Position numbers and translations under genes: made by a program. A DNA stretch of 64,000 bases from Cyanophora paradoxa CCMP329 (lineage: Eukaryota > Plantae > Glaucophyta): assembly GCA_004431415.1 (NCBI GenBank), contig QPMI01000648.1, positions 62,001-126,000 of the forward strand, given 5' to 3'. This document shows positions 1 through 12,419 of this stretch, in pieces. Position 1 is the first letter of the stretch, and the number at the start of each line of letters is the position of its first letter. Below the pieces are notes generated by a model, which searched no databases, was not told the origin of the DNA, and was given only the letters and a program-made list of their open reading frames with translations.

Positions 1-2781
1 GCGCCCCTGCTGAACGTGACGGAGTACCAGAACACCGTGCCCCCGCGCGCCCTCGAGGCCCGCGCTTCTTTGAACCAGCTCACGTGCGCTGCGCCCGGGC
101 CCTCCATCCTCTCCGACCCATCGCCGCTCGCCTCGCCGTGTTGAGCCGGGGCCCCGGCCGGCCCGCGAGCGCAGGCAGAAGTTCGTGCAGGCGGCGCAGC
201 AGATCGCCACCGCCGCGAACGTGCGCCCGCCCGCCCGCCGGCCCTGCCCCCGGCGCCCTCTGAGGCCGCCCGCCCTGCCCCGCAGTACACGATCGCCTCC
301 ATCGAGGCGGCGGTCGCTGCCAACGGCACGGCCGCCTCCGCGGCCTCCGCCGCCTCGTCCTCAGGGAGCCGGGCGCCGGAGGCGTGGCGGTGCCTGGAAG
401 ACCCGACCTCCTGCGTCGCCTTCCAGTACGTCATGCGCAACGCCCACGCGCCCCGTCCGCCACCCGCCCCGCCCCGCCCCGCGCAGCCCTCGTTCCGCCC
501 CTCACTCGCCGGGGCAGTGCTGCCGGCGACGATCGAGCTATTCCACCTTTACGCATCCCAGGCGCCTGCCCCCGCCCCCGGCCGCCCAGCACAGAGCCCC
601 TCCGCTCAGCTGAGCCCTCTCGCCGCCGGCAGATCGTGGGGAAGCTGGGGATGATCCGCCTCGTGTACGTCGTCGCCTTCTGCGCCGTCGTCGGCATCGC
701 CGCCGGCCAGGCCCTCCTCGTCTTCCTCCCCACGTCCGCCCCGCCCCTTCTCCCTCCTGCGCCTCGCTCTCTCTGTGCTGCTCCTCACGCCCTCACCAGG
801 TTCCGCGAGATCCGGCGTGAGCGGCAGGGGGTCATGAAGCTCTTCCACCACATCCCCAAGGCGAGCGAGCCCGCCGGCTTGCTCCGCCCCGCGTGCCTCG
901 GCCCCTCCGCCAGCCCCTGACTCGCCCGACTCGGACTCAGGTGACGCTCATGAAGCTCGCGCGCACGAAGATCAACATCCGCCTCGACTCCGAGGAGGAG
1001 GTTCGAATCCCGCGGGGCCCCTTTCCTCTCCTTTCCGTTCCTCCCCGCCCCTGAGGCTTCCCTGCCCTCAAAAGGACGACGAGTACGACTTGGACGACGA
1101 GGACGGTCCCCCGGCCGAGGACAAGAAGAAGGAAGAGGAGAAGAAGGCCAAAGAGAGCAGCGCCGGTGCCCCTCCCGCCCCGCCCCGCCCCGCGCGGCGT
1201 CGCTCAGGCGGGGCGGGCGGCCGCAGCGCTGGCGCGGCGGGTCTCGTTCGTCGCGAAGGTCCACCCGTCCTCGTCCTTCACCGGGACCGGCGCCGCGGAC
1301 GGCAAGGGCGGCACGCGGACCGGCCCCAAGGGCGCCGTCGCCCCGGAGCTCGCCACGGCGCGGGCGGTCCGGCGGCCCACGCTGCGGCAGCGCTTCCTGG
1401 CGCTCTTCCGGCGGGGCAAGGGGGCGGCGTCCGAGGGGCCCCGGCTCCACTCCCACGAGGTCCAGTTCCTCGTCTTCTGCGCCATCGTCGGGTGCCGTAC
1501 CCCCTCGCCCCCTCTTTCCCCCCTTCCCCCCCGTGGCCCTGAGGATCGCGCTCCGGGGTACAGGGCGTGCTTCGTGGGGATCCTGGTCGTGGGCCTCGTC
1601 ATCACGAACGTCTTTGTACCCCACGTCGAGGAGATCCAGGAGGGTACGCCCTCTCTCCGCTCCTCCCGCCCCCGGTCTGGTTCGATCGGCCCTCCGCCCT
1701 CAGCGGCGGAGCGGGCGGTCCTTTCACTCGAGCTCGTCCGCAACGCCCGCGAGGCGCGCCCCGCCCCCGGCCCCGTCTCCGCCTCAGCGATGCTGTTTTA
1801 TGCTCAGCTGACGGCCGGCGCAGCTGACGCTGGACGCGTCGCGGGAGCCGACGGCGGGGGTGACGGCGGCGGAGCTGCGGGCGCGGCTGCTGCACGACGG
1901 CGAGGACGCGGAGACGGCCCACCGCAACCTCGTCGCCCGCGGGTGCGGAGGCGCCCCCGGCCCCCGCCCCCCGCGCCCGAGGCCCGGCTAGAAGCATTTC
2001 CTTAAAAACATACGGTCGTCTAGAGGCCCTCTTCGCATTACGTATACGGCTTCAAGTTCCCGGAAGCGTTCCACTCGGGGGCTCCAGCGGCCGACGCCCC
2101 CCGCCGCGCAGGACGAACGGGATGACGGAGGAGGGCATCGTGGCGCTGACGTACACGGCCGGCTGCCTGCGCCGCGACCCGGCCGCCTGCCTCGCCGAGA
2201 GCGACGCGCTGTACCCCACCGTGGCCCGCGGCCTGGACGCCCTGCACGTCTACCTCCTGGACCAGATCGCGCTCCTCGTGGCCGACGCGGAGGCGGGCCC
2301 CGCGGCCGGCCCCAACGCCGGCCGCCCCGCCGACTCGGCGAGCAACGCGCGGGAGCGGTTCGCGCGGCGCGTGGGGCGGGCGGAGCTGCTGGAGGCGCAC
2401 GGGGAGGCGCTGGATCTGTACGCCGAGGCGGCGGTTCTGCACATCGCGCAGCTGCCCTCGGTGCACGGCGCCGTAATGGGCGTCACCATCGCCGTCCTCG
2501 TCCTCTTCTTCTGGGCCGTCCTCCGCCCCATGGTCCGCCGCATCGGCGAGGAGTCCCGCCGCTCCACCCGCATGCTCCAGGTGCCTAGCCTAGGCCTTCC
2601 GCCCGCCCGCCCGCGCGCGCCCCGGCCCTCGCGAGCGAGCGAGCGAGCGATCCGAACCGCGCCTGACTTCTTCCGCGTACGCGTACCCCGCTCGCAGATG
2701 ATCCCGCCGGAGGTGGCGGAGGCGGTGCAGGCGGTGAAGGACTTCCTCGACAAGGCCGCCGAGAACGAGGAGCTCGCCTAG
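1..2781 (+). CDS. 3' part of a multi-exon TmcB/TmcC (tiny macrocysts)-like multipass membrane protein; 5' end outside window
   Basis: Spliced exons give several hydrophobic segments (LVYVVAFCAVVGIAAG, FLVFCAIV/ACFVGILVVGLVI, VTIAVLVLFFWAVL). The C-terminus RPMVRRIGEESRRSTRMLQ|MIPPEVAEAVQAVKDFL and the internal GVMKLFHHIPK resemble the E-x-x-R-T-x-x-ML-x-MIP motif of this family. Stop at 2781. Confidence 0.65.
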
Positions 2782-3435
2782 GCTAGGCGGGCCTCGGAGC
2801 CGGAGCTCGAGCCGGGCCGGGGGCACTCGAGCTCAGTGGTTGCGTGTAGTCGGGGGGTGCAGGGTAGGCAGGACTAGACGCTATGTAGAGCTGCGTATTA
2901 ATTATTATTATCGAGTGCCGTTGTGTGCTCGAGGCGGCGGCGCTTCGGGCCTTCGGCGGTCGCGGCGACAGCGGGCGTCGGCGGTGTTTCGCGCTTGCTT
3001 AGTGGCAACTTGAAAGACCGCGCGCTCGATCGGTCGCGAGAAGCTTAAGCTTTGATCATGATCATGAAGCTACTTCGAAGCTAGTTAACGTTTTCAAGCT
3101 TTAAGCCGGGCGCCTTGCAATTGTTTGAAGTTCAGCTGAAGGTGAACTCGAGCTCGAGTCAGCAGGGGAACTAGTAGGCCCGCACGCGCGGCCTTAAGCT
3201 CAAGTATAAGCTTCGAATTTGAATGTGAACGCATGCGCATGCGCAGCTGCAGGTCGCACTGCGGCAGAGCCTCGGCCAACTTGGCAAGCTCAGAAGCTAG
3301 CGCTAGCGCTAGCGCTAGTTTTAGGTGAACTCGAGTCAGGGGTACAGCCCCCAAAACCGAACCAACGGTCGGAGGCTTTTGGCCGAAAGCGGTAGCGGGG
3401 GCGGCCGCCGCCCCTCCACTGGGCCTCCAGGCGCA

Positions 3436-6400
3436 ATGCCGACGCCCTTGAAGGGGGCTAGGCCGCCCGGCTCGGCTTCTCGCCCCGGCTCGGCTCAGCT
3501 TTCACGCGAACGCACTAGCCCGAGCCCAGCTCAGCCGTCCCGTCCTGGCTCCGCTTCGCGTGCGATGGGGACGAGCAGTGCAGCGAGCAGCTCCTCTGGG
3601 ATACGGCAGCCCAACTTCGGACCTAGGCCTGGGAGCGCGAATTCGAAGCCGGCGTGGAGGCCCGTCGGCAGGGCATCTGTGCAGCAGTCGCCGTCGCACG
3701 CGAGCTCGCGTCCCGCGGCTGCTGCCCCGCGGGCATCAGCATCTCCCAGCCATCGTCATCCCGCCGCTGTACATGTGCGGTCATCGCGCAGGCCCGCAGC
3801 TGCAGCTGCCTCGAGCTCGCGCGCGACGGCCGCAGCCTCGAGCTCAGCCGGCCGGGGTCCGTCAGCGTCTTCGTCTGCGTCGGCACCTGCAGCCGCACCT
3901 GCGGCTGCGCACGATTCGCTAGCGACGTCGACGTCGACAGCTGCAGTTGCAACTGCGTCGGCAGTCCAGCCGGCTGCGGCATGCGCGGCTCATGATCAAG
4001 AGCGAGGGCTCGAGCTCCCGGCTCCCGGCTCTCGTCCGCTCGTCGCTGCCAAGCCATGCGACGGCTGCGACTTCGAAGCCGACGGGAAGATCTTCATCGA
4101 AGGCGAGGTGAGCGCAGCAGCGAGGCGCTTCGCGCATCGCGTGCAGGGCCGGCCCGCCGCTAATGTAAACGCGCCCCGCCAGGTCTTCGCAGTGGACAAG
4201 GTGCTCCCGAACGAGGCCGCAGCCGCCGCTAACGACACCTGCAACTTCGTCGCGCGCGGGTCGCAGCCAGCGTCGGTGCGCGCTCGCGCGCGATCCCAAC
4301 GGCGACGGGTCTGAAGTCTGACGGCGGTCTCATGGTCAGGCTGCAGTGCTCATAGCGCCCGATCGTCGCGACCTCGGGTCTTCCAAGGCGTTCGTTCTGA
4401 GCGTGTGGTTCGATTACCTAGTTTCGTTCTCTTTCCTTTGGATTCGTTTTTCATTTGCTGTGCAGCAAGACGTTTCTCATTTCGAATTCTCGGCAACTGG
4501 TGCCATCCCCGGTTTTCTTCTCGTTCGGATTCGTTTTCCGAATATCTTACAAAGCAAGGCGCGCCGGCGCCCCTCCTCTCAACGCAGGGCGTCGCCCTCG
4601 AGATTCAAGCCAACGCCTTTCAAGTTGGCCGCAGCGAGCCCTGCCTTCATTACGAAGACAGGAAAGAGTACGGATCCGGATCCGGGCAGCGCGCGACCGA
4701 TCAGCAGGGGACGACGGCGCGAGACCAGTTCCTGGCGAATCTCGATGGCTTCTGGGCGGACTGCAAAGGGGGCGCCGAGGTGCTCTCCCCCTCGAGCCTC
4801 CCAGTGCCGCCTTCTGACCGCCCGAATCTCGCAGCTCGTCATCGAGAGGAAAGCACTATGCGTCCCTGTGAGTCAACTCTCGCCGACGGGTACCCCCGGG
4901 ACGCTGACCAGTACCCCCCTCCCCCCTCCCCGACAGCAGTCGCTACGGGACGGCGAGGGCAGGTCCGGGACGTGCCACTTTCTCCTGTACGGTACGCCCC
5001 GGGTCCTCTTAGAATATTCAACCCCTTCCTGCTGCTTCTGCCGGCTCCTTCTTCTGGCGTCTAAACCGTCCCGCGCGCAGTGGTGCCCGCCCGCCGTGCT
5101 CGCGCACTACTCGGGAAGCTTCGCTCCGGCGAGCCTCAGCCGGTGCGGGCGGGCGGTCCTCGTCTCGCGGCCGCCGCCTCGGCCCCGCGCGGCTGACCGG
5201 CGGCACAGGGCTCGGGGCCGGTCCGCGTCGAGTTCTGCGCCTTCCTCAGGAAGCACTGGGCTCAGGTGCGGGCCCCGCACCCGCCGCCCGCGCCCCCCTC
5301 CGAATCGAGCCGCCTCCGCAGCTCGACCTGCGCATCGTCCTGCCCCTCGGATCCGAGCCGGAGCTGGACCGGGTTGGCGCCCGCCTCGCCCGCCCCCGCC
5401 CCGCCCCGCCCGGCCCACCGCCCCTGAATCCGCCCCGCGCAGGAGCTGCTGCGGGCTTGCACCGAGCTGGGCCCGCCGTCCCTGCCCGAGCCGGAACCGG
5501 AGCCGGAGCCCGCGCCTGAAGCTGCAGAGCCGGAGGAGGGCGGCGGGCCGCCGGCGCGCCTGAGCGCCATCCCTGAGGAGGCCTGCATCTGCGCCCCGCC
5601 GCCGCCGCCGGCGCCCCGCCCCTCTCGGCGCGGCGGCTCCTTCGCCGCCGACGCCTCGCCCCCGCCGATGTTCGGCCCCGACGCCGACGCAAGCGCCGCT
5701 GCGCTGGGGAGCCCGGCGGCGGCGCCCGGGGAGTCCGGGGCGCGCCCTACGCCTGGCCGCTCGGGTCCGCGCGCCCCAGCCCCGTCCCTCGCCCCGCTCG
5801 CCTCTTCCGATTGTGCTCCGAGCAGGCGGCCGTCGCTCGAGGCGCGCCTCCTCTCTCCGCCCCCTTTCGAGTGCAGGTGCTTGCCCCACCCCCTCCCCCC
5901 CCCCCCCCCCTCTCCTCCTTCCGACGCGGGCTTGCGCAGGCCGCCGGCGCTCGCGGCGCGTCTCCTCCGCCGCCCCACGCTCCCGCGCCAGCGGTGAGTC
6001 CTCCGATCAGGCCCGCCCTGCCCAGACTTTCCCCCGGGTGACGCTCCCCGGCAGAGGCCGAGGCGGTGAGCCCTGCCGCCGGCTCGCCGGGGCCGTCAGC
6101 GCGGCTCTCTGCGGCCCCCGGCCCCGGTCCGGAGGCTCGGGAGCCGAGCTCCCCTCGCATCAGCCGCGCCGAGGCAAAAGACCTCGCCGCCATCCCACGG
6201 ACGCGCTCGGCGTTCCTGCCAGCGGATCCCGGGGCCGGCGTTGCGTCAAAGGAGGCCTCGCCGGCGCGGGAGGCGGCCGCCCCGATCAACAGGCAGCTCG
6301 GCAGCCCCGACCCCGCGCCCCAGGAGGCCCGGGCTCCGAGCTCCGCCCCGAAGCCCGCCGCCACGCCGCCGGGCCTCGGCCGCTCCGCGCCGCCGACGCC

Positions 6401-9400
6401 ACCCGCGGCCCTCTCGTCTGTCTCGGAGCCTGAGACGGAGCCGGAGCCGGATACGGAGACGGAGTCGGAGGAGGACCTGGCGCCGCGCCCGCGGGCCGGC
6501 GGCGCCTCCCCGGCCCCGTCGCGCCGGCTGGAGGAGGAGCTGGAGAGCGCGGCGGGCCCGGCTGCGGCGGGGCCGCCGGCGCCGCTCGGGCGCCGCCGTC
6601 CGCGGGGTCCTCATCGACCTCGTCCATCTCCCTGCAGACCTGGTCCCCGCTGGGCGGTGCCGGTGATGGGTCCGCCGAGGACGCCGCGCCGCCCGGCGCC
6701 GCGCCGGGGCCGGCTGCAAGCCCGAGCGGCGGGCCGGCGGGGCCCGAGGCGGGGCCCGGGGCGGAGGACGGCGGCGATTGTGAGGCGGTGGCGGAGTGGA
6801 TCGACGAGGAGGGCGGGGCCCCGCGGCCGGGCCCCTCGCAGGCGCCGGCGGAGCCCCGCGCCCCGCGGCGCTCGACCCGCGCCTCCTCCTCCTCTTCCTT
6901 CCGCACGCGCATCGAGGGTGCATCGGGACGCCCCGGGCCGGGGCGGGCTCCAGCTCCTTCTGACGTCGCCCCAGCGGCCGGCACGCAAGACGAGGACACA
7001 GGAGCGGATGCAGCGACGGCCGAACCGGCCGCGGGAGCGCCCCGCGCGCCTGCCGGGGCGATCAACAACGAGGGCCCTGCGGAAGCCGCCGCCGCCGCCG
7101 CCGCCGAGGAGGAGGAGGAGGAACCTTCCAAGGCCGGCGCCCGGGGCAACGCCTCCTCCAAGTGCGCCCCGCGCTCCCCCCGCCTTCGCCCCTCCAACCC
7201 GTGCTGACTCGGGCCCCCGTCGCAGGCGCCGGCCCGCCGCCCAGGGGAAGCGCAAGCAGGTACCCTTCCCGCCCTCGCCCTCGCCCCATCTCCCTCGCGC
7301 CCCGCTTATGATCGCCGCCCTCCCTCGAGCAGTACGAGCACGCAAGCCCGGAGGAGCTGTCTGCCAACCTGCGCGAGTGGCTGGACTGCCTGAAGGAGGA
7401 GGCCAGGGGCGCCGCGTGGCCGCCGGGCACCGCCAGCTGGCAGCAGCGCGCGGCGGCCATCACGGGCCGGAAGGGCCAGAGCCGCCTCCTGGAGCTCCTG
7501 GCGGAGGCCGCCACGTACCTGGACGGGCGGCTGCAACTGTCGGAGGCGCTGGCTTCGAAGCGGGGTGACGCAACGGCTTTGAAGAACCTGAAAAAGGTGA
7601 CGTCGATGACAGCGGAGACGGCGGGGAAGGCGCGCCACGCCCTCGACGGGCTGCTGCCCCAGCGCTGCGGCTGGCTGCACGACGCCGTGCGGGCGGCCCG
7701 GCCCGAGCTCGTGGACGAGGAGCGGGCCGCGGCCGCCCAGGCGAAGGCCCGCGCCGCGGAGAAGGCCCGGGCAGAGGAGAAGGCCAAGGCCAAGGCGGAG
7801 GCCGGGGAGGGGGCCGGCGCGGCGAGCGAGGCGGAGGAGGAGCGGTCCAAGCCGCGTTCGAAGCCCCGGCGGCAGCCGCGGCCGAAGCCGCAGCCGCGGC
7901 CGAGCGGGGCGGGCGGGAACAACCGCCCGGCGGGAGACTCGCAGCGGGAGGAGCAGCCGCAGACGGAGGAGGGCGGGTCCCAGTCGCAGCCGTCCAAGCG
8001 CGCGCGCATCGCCCCCAGGTGCGCTGGAGCCCGCGATGACCCCCACCCCACTTCCCTCCCCTTTAGCCGACTCCCCCGTGCAGCCGCTACGCGCCTCCGA
8101 CTCCGGAGACGGCGAAGTACAAGCTCGGCTACAAGCGCAAGGCGGACCCGGACGCGGGGCGCAAGTCGGAGCGGCCTGAGAAGAAGCCCGGGGCGGTGCG
8201 GCGCCCGTCGCCCTAGGCCTTCGTCGCTTGTTCCAGATTCCCCCGATCGCGACGGACCTCTAGATCTCACACCCGCCCGCAGGGCGCCGGCGCCCCGTCG
8301 GAGCCCCGCAAGACGCCGCGGAAGACGCAGCCGCAGACCGCGAGGCTCGAGGAGGCGGTGCGGCCTTCCGCCACCGTCGCCGCACGCGCGCGCTGCCCCT
8401 GAACAGCACGCGCGTGCAGGAATGGCTGCTCATGACAGAGAACAACATTCCACACACGTGGGTCACGAAGGTTCGACCCTCTCCCTAGAGCCCCTCCGCC
8501 GCCGGGTCCGCCGCATTCCGCTGGTGGATCGATTTCAATGCCGGCGGCGCGCAGAAATTCGAGCTGGGCCTGCCGGAGTGGCGGGAGCGGGCGAAGGCGG
8601 CGGAGGACGTGGACGAGCTCTGGCCGCTGCTGGAGAGTCTGGCCGCCGACTTCCAGTACCAGCGGCAGCTGACCGTCGACATCGTGAAGAAGGTCGCCAA
8701 GCACAAGATCAACGGGGCCGAAAGCGAGCGGCCCTTCTTCGACGCGTGCATCGCGGTCTTCGATGTGGCCGACGAGATTCTAGATCAGGAGGATCCCACG
8801 CGGAAGCGCGCCGCGCGCCCGTCGGCGTCTTCGCGCGGCCGCACGCCCCGCCGCTCCCGCCGCCCCACTGCGGCGCCTTCCGCGGGCCCCGAGGGGCAGG
8901 AGGAGCCCGCCGGCCCGCGCCGGAGCCCGCGCCCGCCGCTGGGGCCGCGGCGCAGGGGCCCGCGCCTCGTCGAAGTCCGCTCCGCGGGCGAAGGCCCGCA
9001 AGAGCGCCGCCCCCGCCCCCGTCCCCGCCCCCGCCGCCGCCTCCGGAGGCCGCCCGAGCGAGGCGGGCGTCCGCTTCGCGGAGGGGCCGCCCCCGCGCGC
9101 CGGCCCATCCGGCTCCTCCTCCTCGTCCCGCCCGGCGGAGCAGCCGCCCCGAGCCGGCCCCTCCGGACACGGCTCCTCGACCGCAGCCTCGTCGCACCCC
9201 ACCGCGGTCGCGGCCGCCCCGCCGCGCGCGGCGGCGGAGCCGGAGTGCGACCTCCGCGAGCGCATCCGCAGGTCCAAGAAGCACCGCCCGTCGTGGGCGG
9301 AGGGCGTGCGCTCCTACGTGACGAGGATGCTGGAGGCGCGGGGCTTCCCCGGCCGGTCGGCGTCGGCGGACGACTTCGCGGAGAAGGTGCCGACGCTGCT

Positions 9401-9596
9401 CGGCCTGCAGACGCTGGTGGAGGACGCGGTCGAGACGGCGGAGCAGCAGCCGCCGGGCGCGCGGCTGGAGCGCTTCAAGAGGCTGCTGGCGGACGCGCTC
9501 CTGATGAACGGCATGGAGAACACGGAGGCCGTCGCCATCGCCTTCGACGTCGTCGGCCTCCTCGAGCTCCGCGCCCGCTGGGCCGCCCCCAACTAG
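3436..9596 (+). CDS. Large multi-exon hypothetical protein, mostly low-complexity Ser/Pro/Ala/Glu with a few helical segments; may be more than one gene
   Basis: ATG at 3436 (MPTPLKGARPPGSASRPG). A chain of exons with GC3-biased codons is bounded by GT/GC-AG introns. Helical blocks include LREWLDCLKEEARG, LPEWRERAKAAEDVDELWPLLESLAADF and RSYVTRMLEARGF...RWAAPN*. AT-rich 3' flank after 9660. Confidence 0.5.
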
Positions 9597-10567
9597 GCCC
9601 TGGGCGTTGAGCTCTCCGCGCGGCCCGCCATCGGCGGCGCCGGCCTGCTCCCGTCCCGTCTAGATCATTTACATAGTATGAATGCAAATTAAAGCTGATT
9701 TAGCTAGAAGACGACTTCTGTTTTTTTTCTCTACAATTCGGCTTGTAGTAAAGCCCTATTAGGTTCGGCTTTCGAATTCTTTAGTCGTTGTTGTTTTTAC
9801 GTTTACCTTAAGCCTGCTTCTTTTTAGTTTGCAGATGGCAGGTTCGTTGTCGTACTCCGTGGCTGCTACTTAAAGCTTGTACAGACCGGTACCGGTTTCA
9901 AACTTCGCTTCTAGTGCGGGGCCTCGTGTGAAAAATCCCCTCTTTTTTCGAATTCGTTACATGGCATACGTGGTACTTGCGAATGGACTGATGCGCGCGA
10001 ATCGTACGCGTAGCATACTTCAGGTATAGATGGACGTTTTTCGGTTATCAGGGCTTAGGGAAGGCCCTCAGCCTCAGCTTGCGTGGCTGGTTTTCGCCAA
10101 GCAAGAACGGCTGGTAGACAGTATACGTATTAGAGAATTTGAAGACGGCTGCTCGACAGTATTTGGTTTTTAGAGTACAGTTTACAGTTCGCCAGTTGCA
10201 AGTCGTGAATATCATGATCAGAGCGAATACGAAATTCGCATAGGCATATATCTAAAACGGGGGGGTGCACGCGTACGTGTGAATACGGGAATTCGAAGGC
10301 CTATAGCTAAGGCCGGCGCCGGCCCCTTGAAGAAAAGCGGCCCCCCCATCAACGGGAGCTCGAGCCGCGATTGAAGCCGAAAGGGTCGTAGGGGCGCGTG
10401 GGGCGGGGCAGCGGGCCGCCAGGGGGCCGGTAGGGCCTGGTGGGGCGATCGCGGGGCCGCGCGGCAGCTGCAGTTGCAGGGGCCGCAGGGGCCGCAGCTG
10501 CAGCTGGCGGCGCTTGAAACAATTCGAGGTCAGAAGCTGATTATGAATACGGGGATAGGATGCAGGC

Positions 10568-12355
10568 CTAGGGGCCGGGTAAGGGGGATACAGAGAACGA
10601 ACCGAACGTAAAATCAGGAGGAATGGTGGGCGGCGTCGGATTCGAGGTGCCGGTTGCAAACAAAGCTGCAGCGGGCACATGTGCAGCTGCAGGAGGCGCA
10701 GAGATTGCGATGTCCTGCAGCTGGCCGTACGTGCACGTGCACACGTGGGGTGCCTGACCGTGGCCGTCCGCAGGGAAGGGAGAGTAGGGGGAGATCGATA
10801 TCCAGCTGGAGGGGGCCGATGAAAACGGCTGCGGATCTGTACATGTATACGTAGGGAAGGGGCACAGCGCTGGGGCCGGGAGCGTCGAGGGGGGAGGAGG
10901 TTGCAGAGCGGATCCTGACGGAAGCGGCCCCGGCGCCTCAGCGGGAGCAGCTCGCGTCGATGGGCGAGAGCTCGAGGTGGCAGAAAGAGCCGGCCAGGCG
11001 AGAGGGTCCGCTGCCGGCGGCCGCGGGGGAGCAGAGATGGCCGCGGGTGCCGGCGCCAGATTATAATTAGCCGGGGCGGAATTTCGAGCAGCTGCAGACG
11101 GGAAAGCGAAGGCCCCCGAAGCGGCAGCGACGGGGGCTGAGCTCGAGCTCGAAGGAGCACGCTGCGGCGGCGGCGGCGGCGGCGGCGGCTGATCATGAGC
11201 TTGAGCGCGGGGATTGGAAGCCCGCTCGGAAGGGTCGAGGGGGGAGCGGCACTCCGGGCAGCATGTGCCCAGCGGTGTCGCCCGCCACGTTCCGATGCAC
11301 CGCTCGTGGAACTTGTCTGCGCATGCGAAACTCAAAAAGCGCCGACGTCGATCACGAAATCAAGAAGGCATCGCTTTATTCATATATCTAAATCACAGCG
11401 ATATTAACGTTAGCGTTAGCGCTGACGGAGCTGAAACTCAATTGCAAGCTGAAGGGACAGAGGCTCGGCGGAGGCGCACGGCCGCATCGGAGGGTGACAA
11501 GGTCGAGGGGCCCGGGGTGCAATCGCGTCGACCGCGAGCGCGAGGGGCGGCCGCGGCCGGCGGATCCGGCCGCGGGTCCGGAGCTCGAGCCCGAGCCCGA
11601 GCCCATGGCGACGGGCGCGGGCGCGGGCTCGGAGTCCAGGCAGATCGCGCACGCGCAGCCGCACTCGTCGCGATCGCGATCGCGATCGCGATCGCGGGCG
11701 TCTGCGTCGTCCCGCTTCCCCTCCGGACTCGACAGCGGCGCCGGCCCGGCAGGCACCCGCCTCGAACTCGAGTTCGCACGCCCAGTGGGAGCCGGGAGAC
11801 GCAGCTGCCGGCTGCGATTCTCCGCCTGCCGCTGCGGCTGCAGCTGCAGATCCGGATCCGGCCCCCCCGCCATCGACGTCAAGCCCAAGTCATTTCCGCG
11901 CCTCGCCGCTTCTCCCTCGTGTTCGAATTCACGATCAGTCACCCGCTGCAGCTGAGCATGTTCCAGCGCATGCTCTTCTGCCAGCGTCAAAGGTGCAACC
12001 GCCGCTCGCTGCTCGCGATCGCGATCGGCCCCCTGCAGCTGCTGCTGAGGCGCCGGCTGCCGCGATAGAAGCGCCGTCTCCGCCTTCTGTCGCTCCTGGC
12101 GAACCCTGCCGCAGCGTCCAAGCGATAAAAGACGTACTTAAAGATCGCGACAAGAAGCTTGAGCGACCTTGAAAGCAGGTCTATATCCACGACCTCAGAG
12201 TTTAAATTCGGGTCTCCAGATTCGGTACCGGTGCCGGTACCAGCGCCGGCGGCAGCGATCGCGAGCTCGAGCTCGCGCTCCCAGGCCTCCGCCTCCCGTA
12301 CGGCCGCCTCGAGCCGGCCCGCCCCCGCCATGCACTCTGCACCAATGTGCGACAT
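10568..12355 (-). CDS. RING-H2 zinc-finger (putative E3 ubiquitin ligase) region with Pro-rich tail; possibly the 3' part of the TPR-like gene upstream
   Basis: CAICLD ... LVTLRCG-H(spliced c|ac)-KFHERCIGTWRATPLGTCCPECRSPL gives a C3H2C3 RING-H2 pattern. Confidence 0.7.
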
Positions 12356-12419
12356 CCGAACGCGACGCGTACGGTCAGGGTTTGGGGAAGCGCAAAATTT
12401 AAAGTGCGTGGGAATTTGG

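Noticed and set aside
7350-8700. WHIM/WSD-like helical motif (W..RA.A....L..LL..LA) in the large hypothetical protein
   Set aside because: The resemblance is too short and generic to support a domain call without a profile search.
9660-10250. tRNA or other structured RNA in the AT-richer gap
   Set aside because: No cloverleaf, A/B boxes or recognisable snRNA/rRNA motif was seen. Consistent with convergent 3' UTRs.
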